The position numbers were made by a program, and so were the translations under genes. A stretch of 63,498 bases of DNA, counting the filler, from Parasitella parasitica NRRL 2501 (taxonomy: Eukaryota; Fungi; Mucoromycota), in assembly GCA_025201805.1 (NCBI GenBank). It is 10 parts of 10 records of this genome, joined end to end, with 100 filler letters (N's around TTAATTAATTAA, not from the genome) between each part and the next. Parts side by side here need not be neighbours in the genome. Positions count along the whole stretch, not along the records: positions 1 to 7,453 come from MU619260.1; positions 7,554 to 11,950 come from MU619287.1; 8 more parts are not named here. The stretch is one strand, 5' to 3'. The first letter of the stretch is position 1. Every line of letters begins with the position of its first letter. Shown piece by piece: positions 1 through 11,564 of the stretch. A model generated the notes under the pieces. That model ran no database searches and was not told the origin of the DNA. It saw only the letters and a program-made list of their open reading frames with translations.

Positions 1-354
1 ACAGAATAACTAAAGTATGACGATAGCCATCCTAACACGGCCAACCAATATTACGCAAATCTCCATCAATGGTGAAAGCATTCAGCATCATTTGCTTCTC
101 CTTAAAACCTAAAATTAAACAACAACAAATTAACGCATTGACTCTAGGATCAATGCTTCATTCATGAGAACTGATATACAACAATTCAAATCCTATAAAT
201 ACTAAGATGTTTTTCTCTAGATAAAACCTCAGTATACTTTTATAATAAAGAACCCCAAACTTGATTATAATTGTAATTTCATATCGCTTTTATTTTTTTA
301 TTTTTTTTTATTTCGTAAATCTTTCAAATTTACTGCACTCATTCTGATAAATCA

Positions 355-2268
355 CACATAGCAATACCATGATCTCATATGAAAAATTGAACTGAGTAGA
401 GCCTCTATGTGTTATTGACAAAAGGATTAATAGTTTGTTAGAATAAACTCAAATACATACCATGATGATACCAATACACAAAATATGTTGCGTATCATTT
501 CTTTATTCCAAGCTATACTGCAAGCTGTTCCTTGATAAAAAAGAAGCTACAATTTCTTATAATGAAACTACAGATATGTGAAGATGTTAGTACTCTGTAT
601 AGTTTACTTATATTTGGCACAAAATGTGCTAATATTGTATATTTTTAAGTTAAAATACCAGTTTATAAAGTTGTAAAGTTAGTAAAAACAAAAGAAAAAG
701 ACCAAGGAAAAGCTAACAAAAAAGCTAAAATTGTTGGATCAAAAAGATAATAAAAAAACCAAAGGTTAACGAGATACGAAAACTNNNNNNNNNNNNNNNN
801 NNNNNNNNNNNNNNNNNNNNNNNNNNNNNNNNNNNNNNNNNNNNNNNNNNNNNNNNNNNNNNNNNNNNNNNNNNNNNNNNNNNNNNNNNNNNNNNNNNNN
901 NNNNNNNNNNNNNNNNNNNNNNNNNNNNNNNNNNNNNNNNNNNNNNNNNNNNNNNNNNNNNNNNNNNNNNNNNNNNNNNNNNNNNNNNNNNNNNNNNNNN
1001 NNNNNNNNNNNNNNNNNNNNNNNNNNNNNNNNNNNNNNNNNNNNNNNNNNNNNNNNNNNNNNNNNNNNNNNNNNNNNNNNNNNNNNNNNNNNNNNNNNNN
1101 NNNNNNNNNNNNNNNNNNNNNNNNNNNNNNNNNNNNNNNNNNNNNNNNNNNNNNNNNNNNNNNNNNNNNNNNNNNNNNNNNNNNNNNNNNNNNNNNNNNN
1201 NNNNNNNNNNNNNNNNNNNNNNNNNNNNNNNNNNNNNNNNNNNNNNNNNNNNNNNNNNNNNNNNNNNNNNNNNNNNNNNNNNNNNNNNNNNNNNNNNNNN
1301 NNNNNNNNNNNNNNNNNNNNNNNNNNNNNNNNNNNNNNNNNNNNNNNNNNNNNNNNNNNNNNNNNNNNNNNNNNNNNNNNNNNNNNNNNNNNNNNNNNNN
1401 NNNNNNNNNNNNNNNNNNNNNNNNNNNNNNNNNNNNNNNNNNNNNNNNNNNNNNNNNNNNNNNNNNNNNNNNNNNNNNNNNNNNNNNNNNNNNNNNNNNN
1501 NNNNNNNNNNNNNNNNNNNNNNNNNNNNNNNNNNNNNNNNNNNNNNNNNNNNNNNNNNNNNNNNNNNNNNNNNNNNNNNNNNNNNNNNNNNNNNNNNNNN
1601 NNNNNNNNNNNNNNNNNNNNNNNNNNNNNNNNNNNNNNNNNNNNNNNNNNNNNNNNNNNNNNNNNNNNNNNNNNNNNNNNNNNNTTCAATCTTCAATTGA
1701 AGTACATTGCCATGATCTCCTATCTATAATTATGGCAGATCAAAAATATGCAATGTTTGCGCTAAGCATGCAGTAAAAAGCCAATAGAAAAGCACAGCTA
1801 CAAGGTCGTCTCAACATTGAAAGCAAGGCATGTGCAAACAAAAATATACTTTATTCAAGTGTATTGCTACTGGTGCTAGCATTATTATTACCAGCGGCTT
1901 TTTTTTTCATCGTCTTCAACAACACTTTGGTTAACAGTAGGTACTTCTTCGTCACTTTTAGCTCTCGAATGAACATTAGTATGATCGTGCGAGCATAAAT
2001 AAACTTTTTTTACTCAAAACAGATGCGATCTTTGCAATATCTCAACAAATATTTGGTAGCAAATGTTACTACAATCACAAAAAAAATCGAACTGTCTCAG
2101 GAATTATATTATATAATTAAAAAATGAGCCATCTCAACTTTTTTTATAAATGTACATTTGGGCCAAAATAATTTATGGTCTCACAAGCACATTAATGCTC
2201 CCATGACCCTAAAAATGTTCCCATTTGAGCACATTTATGTTCACCGAGAACATCCAGGACGCCATAGT
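355..2268. mobile_element. Non-autonomous CACTA-ended DNA transposon copy (left end not resolved)
   Basis: 355-730 and 1760-2268 align by eye to 54865-56113. It ends in GAACATCCAGGACGCCATAGTT, a variant of the GAACATCCAGGAGGCCATAGTG terminus at 56113. Confidence 0.7.
732..1742 (-). mobile_element. LTR family A insertion (interior in N gap)
   Basis: Termini TGTTG...GATCA flanked by 5-bp TSD AAAAT (727-731, 1743-1747). The ends match copies at 4242-4659, 34685-35249, 52737 and 57450-57952. Confidence 0.75.
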
Positions 2269-3936
2269 TATACATTGACAATTTTCTAATGATGTTTGTA
2301 TGTACGCCTCCTTCCAAACTGTTTGTGCCACGAATACACCTATATACACGGGCAACCCCAACCCATCAACGTATCGAATGTGGTAGAATGGAATGCCAAC
2401 AGGATCGGAAACGTGGCCTCTGCTAATAGCATTGAGGACCTTGACAGCCTGTGCCTTACACGCTTTGTCAAAAAGCGGTAGCCCGGTCTTTGCACACTCA
2501 GTGCCTTCAAACTCTTTAAACAGTTTTTCAACAACTGGCAACAAATCGTTTGGTCTAGGAATGATTCTGCGTACCCTCTTTGCAATCCAAACAGGGCTCT
2601 CCTTCGAAACGATTTCATATGTTGTGTTCTGAAGTTTTAAAGCGTCTCCTACTTTTTTCTTGTCTTCAATACTTGGAACAAACAGGGCATCATTAAACCG
2701 AGACATAAAAATTTTGTGAGCACCATGCTTTTCAGAGATAGATATTGAGTCCATCAAATGGAACGGGTCTTTTAGCACAAGAGTTGGAGAGGTTGTGCTT
2801 TTCAATAATGAAATGTTTTCAAGTTTCAGTTTAGTAGTCTTCAAGCACCTTTGGCTAAGACGTATAGTTGTGATGTTTTCTTCCACCACATTCATTGCAG
2901 TAAACGTTTTGTCAATCTACTAGAGATTGTGTTCTCATGATGGCACACTGGAGCATATGAATCAGACCTAAAGACCTTTGATACTTGAACTGATACACAG
3001 TTTTTACAGTTTTTATATTGTCATCAGGAGACTCTACAATTTTTCAACCGCTAGCTGTTTCCCACGGCAAGTCTTTGGTGTGGCGTACACGTTGACAATA
3101 GTATCAACATTCGATTTTTGGTTTACTGGGCGGTTTAATATTTTCAGAGTCTTCAATTTTTTGAAAAATCCAGAGCAACGTAGGCATCAATAGCAGCATA
3201 CTTCCTTTCATCTGCATCTAGAACAGTAGCCTGCCAATCGCCACAGCGTACGCTACTGGGCTTAGCTAGTAGGTATTTACCCAAGACATCATCGCAAAGT
3301 TTCTGAAGTGACCATTGCTTTAATGAGTCAGTATGGCCCATTTCCATATATCTACTTCCCAGATCAAGAAAAGCTTTTGGGTGATAAGAAGTTTTGTCAA
3401 CATGGTAATCAGCTTCAAGTTTCTGCAAATCTTGTTTGACACAACGTCCCACTTTAATGACATTGATATCTTCAATCAAGAGCTTCAGCTGACCAGGCAT
3501 TTGATGGGTATTACCAAGATGAGATAGGTATACAGATTTTTTGAATGTAATTTGTATCAATGATATTTTCTGCCTAAACGAAGCTTTGTTGATATATTTT
3601 GTTGTCCACTCGCAATCAAAGCCTACTACGTATATCAGTATAATGCGACCACTGATAATATCTGCATGCAAGCAATCAATTAATCTTGAGGCCATTGTAT
3701 TAATTTGTACAGCAGATTGCATGTATATAATGGAGACATCATCAGGAAGTGTATAAGCTGGAAGGCCTGAATTGACTCCAAGCTCCTCGTTGGTATGCTG
3801 GACGGTTTCTTTCATTGATGGAATCCATCGTTCCAGACCTGGCTGATCAGCCACGACATTATCAGTGTAGAAAATACGAGGTTTTTTTTCCTCGTTTTTC
3901 AAATAAGTCTTCATCATCTCTAGAAAGCGTTCTTCC
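2269..3936 (-). pseudogene. Decayed DDE-type transposase with inserted DEDDy (WRN-like) 3'-5' exonuclease domain
   Basis: Order of motifs: FYTDNVVAD; exonuclease motifs VGFDCEW, VGRCVKQD, YAAIDA; then VLKDPFHLMD, RRIIP, GHVSDP and, after a frameshift near 2340, YRCIRGTNSLEGGVH. Both ends are cut by other elements. Confidence 0.7.
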
Positions 3937-4241
3937 TGTAATGAAATGGCACCTATTATATAGCACCACAATTACATTAAAATAAAATCCAGATGGATCA
4001 TGGCTGATCCATCCAAGAAAGAAATACATGAAAAGCACAAGTAAACATTAACAAGTGTTGGTAGAGGCTTGCACTCCTGATCAAAGTACAATCTCCTACA
4101 ACCCTGGCACATGCTAATGTTGAACAACGCTACTCATAATTACAAATAAACAAATTCTAAACATGTATAAACAATGCAATTGTTAAAACAATTGCAATAA
4201 TTCTAGATGCCAGAAATGGCTTGTTCATTACACAATAAGGA

Positions 4242-4659
4242 TGTTGNNNNNNNNNNNNNNNNNNNNNNNNNNNNNNNNNNNNNNNNNNNNNNNNNNNNNN
4301 NNNNNNNNNNNNNNNNNNNNNNNNNNNNNNNNNNNNNNNNNNNNNNNNNNNNNNNNNNNNNNNNNNNNNNNNNNNNNNNNNNNNNNNNNNNNNNNNNNNN
4401 NNNNNNNNNNNNNNNNNNNNNNNNNNNNNNNNNNNNCAGGGTACGATATATTATTATACTACAAGGTTATTGATCTTTGATCTGACAGTACCTTATTGTT
4501 TGTCAATCATACAGATCTGTGTTACAGATAACCTTCCTGATTTGAAACAAAGACTTTATTCTCCTGTTTCGACCAGTATAACAACACATCATTGGACAAT
4601 CTCCAATCTTTAATTGAAGTACACTATCATGATCTCCTAACCTACATTATGGCAGATCA
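4242..4659 (-). mobile_element. LTR family A solo LTR nested in foldback left arm
   Basis: TGTTG...GATCA termini with TSD AAGGA (4237-4241, 4660-4664). The uninterrupted target is visible in the right arm at ~5890-5905. Confidence 0.8.
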
Positions 4660-5377
4660 AAGGAAAGCTCAGTCGCATTAGAAATAATCAGGATCCTCAA
4701 ATATGACAATCCTGCCCAAAACCATAGTATCAATTTCAATACCAACATATCGAAATCTCAACTACAATACAAGTGAGAGAATGTCAACAAAAGTCATTCT
4801 TCAAATAAGCTGTAAATAAGCATTCTCACTGTAGTGAGGCAATTTTACAAGTAGTATAAATACAAGCTCTTTTAAAGATTATGTATCTTTTCTTCAGTTT
4901 TCTTTTAATCGAAAATAAAGGTGGAAAGACTACAATTGTATTTCCTTGGCTTTATTTTTTTTATTTTTTTATTTTCACATAAAATTAATCCCAATTTTAT
5001 TGCACTTCCAAATGCAGTATGGACTTTGTTGGGGCAAGAACCTTCCTACGAATCTCCTCAAATTCGTTACAAACGGTGTAAAGAGCCGTGAATATGGAGA
5101 CGCCTTTGAGTTTTGCTATTTTTTTAATAATTTTGAAGGTGTGTGCAATAAAATTGGGATCAATTTTATGTGAAAATAAAAAAAAGTAAAAAAATAAAGC
5201 CAGAGAAATACAATTATAGTCTTTCCACCTTTATTTTCGATTAAAAGAAAACTGAAGAAAACATAAATGCTCTTTAAAAGAGCTTGTATTTATACTACTT
5301 GTAAAATTGCCTCACTACAGTGAGAATGCTTATTTTACAGCTTATTTGAAGAATGACTTCTGTTGACATTCTCTCAC

Positions 5378-5778
5378 TGTCATAGAACAGGATTTGTACA
5401 TTGGTTTACCCGCGGAATTGTACAACTTTAATGTCAATTTTGTGATATAAACTTTAATAAACATTTTAGTTACCTAAAGGTATATTCGTAAAGATCTTGC
5501 CTATAAACAAGTCCATAAATTTTTTATATCTACAATACACCAATTAATGTTGTAGTTGTCAATTTCTATCTTCATCAACATCTGCTTTCAATCTTTCTAT
5601 CAGGTTTATTGGTCAATCATACATCACACCATCATGGTATATTTCTTTATCTTTAAATTCCACATTTAGTATAAATAGCAATAGTTTATTCATAGCCATG
5701 AGAAGATCCTCATCCTAACATAAAATATAACAACATCTTAAAAAGTATTTTATTTTAGTGTTTCTTCTGATTTTCACA
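5378..5778. mobile_element. Solo LTR nested in foldback right arm
   Basis: TGTCA...TCACA termini with TSD CTCAC (5373-5377, 5779-5783). Absent from the left arm. Confidence 0.75.
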
Positions 5779-6185
5779 CTCACTTGTATTGTAGTAGTTG
5801 AGATTTCGATATGTTGGTATTGAAATTGATACTATGGTTTTGGGCAGGATTGTCATATTTGAGGATCCTGATTATTTCTAATGCGACTGAGCTTTCCTTA
5901 TTGTGTAATGAACAAGCCATTTCTGGCATCTAGAATTATTGCAATTGTTTTAACAATTGCATTGTTTATACATGTTTAGAATTTGTTTATTTGTGATTAT
6001 GAGCAGCGTTGTTCAACACAAGCATGTGCCAGGGTTGTAGGAGATTGTACTTTGATCAGGAGTGCAGGCCTCTACCAACACTTGTTAATGTTTACTTGTG
6101 CTTTTCATGTATTTCTTTCTTGGATGGATCAGCCATGATCCATCTGGATTTTATTTTAATGTAATTGTGGTGCCATTTCATTACA

Positions 6186-6545
6186 CATCGGACCAAATGG
6201 CATCCTGCCATTGTTCAGCTGTCCAATTAACCTTTTCTTTGGCCCAAGCAAGTCTTTTTTCAATTTGCTTGGGTTTCAGCATTGGTACAGATGCTGGGGA
6301 ATATGACCCAAAGCCATGTCTGTCAGCATATATCGATAGCGTTTGAGGATGTATATCTATTCCAGCTGCTTTCAATCTTGCGTTATGAGTGACAAAAGAA
6401 TCATATGGTTTCTCTCTAGTACGCTGATCTCTTTCAGACAACTTAAGAGGCCTTCCGCTACGTTTTTGGATTACTCCACTTCCTGTTTTATTGTAGCGAT
6501 TGACACTTTCAGTAACGGTCGACTTTGGCAAGCACATTTCACGTG
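6186..6545 (-). pseudogene. Tc1/mariner transposase N-terminal fragment
   Basis: KSTV...RSGRPLKLSERDQR HTH region, then KRLAWAKEKVNWTAEQWQDAIWSD. Truncated at the first catalytic Asp by the foldback end. Confidence 0.85.
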
Positions 6546-6589
6546 AAATTTGAGTGTGTTGTGAAGACTTAGTTTACCAGATAAAAAAA

Positions 6590-6970
6590 CTATTGATTTA
6601 TTGATTGACAAGAAGCTGTCTATTTATATTAAAATAAATCTATCTAAATCAACCTATAAAATACAATCAGGTCATATTTGACATTTAATTGTCAAACAAG
6701 ATTATAACACAGTAGTAGTCAGAGCAAGACCTATTTCTATATTTAATTAGCTAATCGTTATGAATGTGAATCATTCATCGATAAGTTGAGCTTCGCAATT
6801 TAGAATTAGTAGAACCCCAATAGATGGTTTCTTATACAAGACATTATATTGAATACTTCTATTTACTAGATAGAATAATCGAAGCCATTTAACCATAGAT
6901 CCGATTAGCAACGGTTGCCATGACAACTGAGTTGAAATAGTGGTAACCATGGTATTGTATGTATACAACA
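6590..6970 (-). mobile_element. LTR-like repeat family C
   Basis: Reverse complement of 35403-35745; begins TGTTGTAT. Other boundary approximate. Confidence 0.6.
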
Positions 6971-7002
6971 CGGGTAAGATAAGAAAGTAGGAAACCGTAG
7001 TG

Positions 7003-7077
7003 TCTCTTATATCCTGCCCGGTTAGAGCTTAAGCTCATAACGGGGAAAAGTTAATAGTTCGAATCCCAGTGAGAGCA
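7003..7077 (+). pseudogene. Degenerate tRNA (Ile/Met-like) pseudogene
   Basis: GGTTAGAGC D-arm remnant, CTCATAA loop, GTTCGAATCCC B-box, GAGAGCA acceptor end and a T-run terminator at 7082-7087. Stems are broken. Confidence 0.5.
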
Positions 7078-7142
7078 GAAGTTTTTTAACAATAATATTG
7101 ATTTTACTTAAATGGGGGAATAAAGAGGGGAATAAAGAGGGG

Positions 7143-7453
7143 TGATGTATATTTCAGATATTTCAATACAATAAAAAGAGACTTGTAATAATTCACAGCT
7201 TTCAACTGTATCCGAACAATAAAAGAAGTATATCGTTTATTATGATATAAATACAGGGTATTCATATCTTCAATCATTTACTACAACTCAGATGGTAGCT
7301 GTAATAACCAATAGATTAATGTGATAGTATGTTGTCACTGTTGATGAACGAATAGAAAATACACCGTGTTATCATTGTCAATTGGTTTGATATGTTTCAT
7401 TGTTGAGATTGATCCAAGAATATGAGCTGATGTAACATATCAAATAGTTTGTT
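7143..7453 (+). mobile_element. LTR family B (runs into gap)
   Basis: Starts TGATGTATA and is near-identical to 57361-58185 once the nested LTR A there is removed. Preceded by a purine-rich tract at 7111-7142. Confidence 0.75.
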
Positions 7454-7553
7454 NNNNNNNNNNNNNNNNNNNNNNNNNNNNNNNNNNNNNNNNNNNNTTA
7501 ATTAATTAANNNNNNNNNNNNNNNNNNNNNNNNNNNNNNNNNNNNNNNNNNNN

Positions 7554-8496
7554 CTTCAAGTTGGGCATCCCAACACCCAACCACTGGTTCATTGACTCAT
7601 CAATGACCAAGTACTTTCCAGGAGTGACACAGTCAGCCATCTTGTCATTGAAGGCCTTGATGGGAGCACGGATCTGATACAAGAGATCATTGATTTGTTT
7701 TTCCACAGTAGGAATTTCAAAAACATGCATATGCATGATGTCCTTAAATCTTTTAAAAGACATGTATTGGCAAAAGTCCACGTTCATGGTGAAATGGCTA
7801 TGCCCCAACTTCCAGTATGCCTTGAGGTTCGAGTGAGCAAGCACTGTCATTACGGTCAAGAGTGCCAGCCACATCATATACTCGTTGAAGGTAATGTCTC
7901 TCCATGCGGGGTTGACATCTCTTGCATGATGGTTGGTGTTCCTGATGATTTCATGGAAGTACTCTTGAGGTAAGAAAAACAGGAAATAGTCCAAAGGAGA
8001 AGCATCTCTGAAGCCTTCCATGTTAAGCTTGGCTCTTATTTGCTGGTAGCTTTCAGAGCAGAGTCTACTATCGACAAAGACTTCACCATTGCTCCATCCA
8101 TCACCGGGAGTCAAATCAATCTCCTCCTCGTCCTCTGATCCAGATGGTACAGCATCGTCCAAAAGATCCTCTGCCTCTTCGAATGCAGGAACAGGTACGT
8201 CAATTGGTGTAGTATTAGTATCGATCATTTGTACAGGACCGACATACTTAACACAACCTGCTTTGAGTGTCAACGTGATGGCAGGTGCTTCATCGAGAAT
8301 CACATCATAGAATCACATCATACGCGATGGAGTTTCCGATTATTGAGCGGGCAACAGTCTTTCCCTTGAAGTTCAAACTAGGTATGTTCCAATCATATTT
8401 ATTCATAAGAATAGAATTTGCGTCTGAAATCGTGATAAAACGCTTGTTGACGGATACAAGTACGTTTACATCTAATCGATTGTTAACGGGAGGCAT
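7554..8496 (-). pseudogene. piggyBac-like transposase, N-terminal half (runs into gap)
   Basis: Motifs SPLDYFLFFLP, IIRNTN, MSFKRF and PGKYLVIDESM. The frame is broken by a 13-bp tandem duplication GAATCACATCATA (8297-8322). A GC-rich subterminal repeat and TTAA lie at 8680-8739. Confidence 0.8.
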
Positions 8497-8750
8497 TTTA
8501 ATTACTATTTTTGGAAAAAAGTGAAGTTTCTTTGAAGGTAAATGCAGTGAAAGTTTATAAACAAAACAAATTCGAATCATTTAAAAAATATCTGTGTACT
8601 GTATGCAATAAACTTTGTACGCGTAGAGCGTAATTGTAAAAAATCAAACCCTCATCCATTCAAAAATCTTCATTTAGCATCGGCCCAACTGGGCTGAATC
8701 GGCCCAAATGGGCTGACCTAATCTATACTTGTTAATTAACAAATTAAATC

Positions 8751-9093
8751 CAGTTATATTTCTTATAACCGACAATATCCACCAGCCGGACTGTATTTTA
8801 GTAAAAAGCTTATTTCTGCATTTTTAACTTCGTCACATGTATGAAAATTTTCAGTTAGTTCGCAAAGTGAAAATGATAACTTATTTGTCACTTTTCTTTT
8901 CTTGATGAAATAGAATATACAGTGAATCCAAAAAGATGTACTAATTATATATAATATTTGGGCTAATTTTGATTGGTAAATTGTGATAAAAATAATCTAA
9001 GCTTGTGACATTTATTTTTCTAAAGCGGAAATTTACTTCTGGCTTTAGGCCAATTATTTTTGAGAAAATGCCAATTTCAATAAGCCTGACTGT
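8751..9093. repeat. Tc1/mariner-type MITE ends (…GCC[T/G]GACTG|TA)
   Basis: The same terminal motif followed by TA occurs at ~8794, ~9093 and ~14047. Confidence 0.45.
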
Positions 9094-9458
9094 ATATATA
9101 ATCGATGATGGAAAAAAAATCGAAAGAATATTGGTTTGGAAAGTAGGCCACATATAGTGATATTCGAATCATTTCCAATCGTTGTAATTCCATTATATGC
9201 ATTGTCATTGTCATTGCATCACATAAACATCACAAAAATATTTGTAACACACACTGGAAAATGGTGTTGTTGGCTTACCCTTGCATGAAAGCTAAACAAA
9301 TAATTGGCAGTGATTTAATAAGTTTTTTTTTCACGGTAGCTCATAGGATAAGTTGATGCTTAATGTTGCGTAATATTTTTATGATGAAAAAGGGAAACAA
9401 ATATACATAATATGGTAAAATTATTAAAATGTTAGTATTTAAGAAATTAAAAAGGGCT

Positions 9459-10640
9459 TTACTCCATGTCAACCTTGACATTACGAGTACGGAGATCAAG
9501 AGCAATGCTCTCTGGAGGTGCATGCTCATAGATAACACGGTAGATTGCAGTCATAAGAGGGAATTCTTGTGTCATGTTTCTAGCAGACAAGAAATGATAG
9601 ACTTCTTGAGATGTAGTAGTGCCTTGGAGTTTTTGGCCATTCAACATTTCTTTTTCAATCTCATCAATACTCTTACCAGACTTAATAAAGGCAGCAGCAA
9701 CCTTTCTGTTACGGCCACCAGCACAAGTAGTAATAAGATCTGCAACGCCACAAGATTCTATTGAAATGTGTGTTATTGTTTAGCTCGGCTCACAAGTTTA
9801 TGCAACTTGAGACTTACCAAAATAGGTTTCAGTGTGAACACCGCCGAAGAAAGTCTTACCAAACTTTCTCATTTCAAGCAAACCACGACGGATGACAGCA
9901 GATTTGGTATTATTGCCATAATGAAGACCATCGCAAATACCAGCACCAAGAGCAACAACGTTCTTTAAAGCACCACATACTTGAAGGCCTCTCCAATCAC
10001 CAATGACGTTGACATCAAAGTAACCGGTATGAAAGAGTTTATAAAAGATTTCACCATCCTTGGGATCTCTGCAAGCGATTGTAGTCTCACCAAACTGTTC
10101 CTCAGCAACTTCGCTGGCAATGTTGGCGCCACTCAAAGCAGCACAGTTAATACCCAAGATCTTTTCAATTTCTTCAGAAAAGATAAGTAAGTTATTGTTC
10201 TTATAGTCCAAGCCCTTGATCAAAGAAATTGCTCTACAATCCTTGTGGAGAACACCACGAAGAGATTCACAGACCTTGTACACAAATTGATGAGGCAAGA
10301 CAAAAACGAGGACATTAGCACCCTTGGCGGCTTCAACAACATCGGGAATAGCAACTACATTTTCACCGAGATCAATACCAGGAAGATATTTGACATTTTC
10401 ATGCTTTTCGTTGATGATATCAGTCAAGTTCTTGCCGTCTATTTGTTCCTCGAAAACCCACATTCGAACTTCACGCTCAAAAAGCTCGGGATGTCTTATA
10501 GTGTTTTGCGCACAAACACGAGCGATAGATGAACCCCTATATTTCGATGATGAACATCACATTCGTAATACGTATAAAATTACACTTTACCAGTTACCAG
10601 AACCGATGATCGTTACTTTTTGCTTAGGAATACCAGGCAT
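9459..10640 (-). CDS. GPD1: NAD-dependent glycerol-3-phosphate dehydrogenase (3 exons: 10640-10591, 10536-9818, 9757-9459)
   Basis: [50 protein letters not shown] and GQKLQG motifs. GT-AG introns restore the frame. Confidence 0.95.
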
Positions 10641-11346
10641 GTTGCGTAATTTGTATTGAGTTTATTTCAGTAGAAACAGGAAGAAAGGAAATAAGGTGGG
10701 GGTTGATTTTGCATCTGTTTATATATGCATTCACCATCAAGTCCGCTTAGGAGAAACATACCACAATACTATATGATGAATTCATCAAAGTAAGACATTC
10801 TATCATGTTTCATTAATTTATGACTGTTTGCAAACAGCCAGAAAAGAAAAAGAAACAAGACTCAGTGATCGCATGACGTATTGTACATTGGCAATTGGGC
10901 GCATTTCGTTGCCATGGCAATATCAATACATTTTGACAGCTTGGATCGAAAAAATAAGGGTTGCCTAGCATATCTAGTTTGGAAGAAGATATCATGTTAA
11001 ATCCTTTTTCTATAGTGTTCCTCAACCATTCTAACCATATAAACAGCAACACATTCAGGCAGTTCGGCATCTAAACGAAAAAAACGTTTTCTATTTTGTT
11101 TTTCGTAAACACCGAAAATTTACTGATAAGGAAGTTAGTTGACAGCAGGTCTTTCTCTATTTCAAGTAGATAAAGTTACGAGGATATCTGATGAACAGTA
11201 TTGCAGATTTACAGGATATCTATATTTGTATGTTCTTTGTTTAGAGGATATTATACGATCAATTGAAATCATTTCAAGTCAGGCATCTATCGGGGGTCTC
11301 ACGAATTGTTGATGAGTTACCCTGCACAATTCCCAATCTTCGACTA

Positions 11347-11564
11347 CAGTTGACGAAACTAGGTTGGGCCAATGAAAATAAATTTTGGTCATTTCCAAAT
11401 TGAGTTGGGACACGATTACAAAAATGGGTCACCAATACGAAAATGGGACAACAAGATGAAAATGGGACAACAAGATGAAAATGGGACATGAGTACGAACA
11501 TGGAGATAATGTTAGTATCTTTCAGAAGAGTCAGAATTGTTACAGCTTCTTACCTGCAATATCT
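11347..11564 (-). mobile_element. Transposon end downstream of Fanzor ORF (Tc1/mariner-like TA|CAGT terminus, 19-nt subterminal repeats)
   Basis: TA at 11345-11346 followed by CAGTTGACGAAACTAGG, then about six 19-nt units with a TGGGACA core. Second copy at 17556-17728. Confidence 0.8.

Larger units (their letters stand above)
3937..6185. mobile_element. Long-TIR foldback element with TGT...ACA ends
   Basis: Starts TGTAATGAAATGGC and ends GCCATTTCATTACA. After removing two nested LTRs, 3937-5005 is the reverse complement of 5141-6185 (arms ~640 bp, spacer ~135 bp). Confidence 0.85.

Noticed and set aside
725-1696. Long X-filled ORFs (also 4207, 4241, 47457, 57527, 61922)
   Set aside because: They are read-throughs of N gaps.
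7498-7509. TTAATTAATTAA motif recurring inside N runs (about 9 times)
   Set aside because: An artificial six-frame-stop contig linker. Adjacency across these joins is therefore not guaranteed.
11400-11510. Regularly spaced 19-nt repeats resembling a CRISPR array
   Set aside because: No unique spacers, eukaryotic context, and position next to a transposon terminus; these are subterminal repeats.
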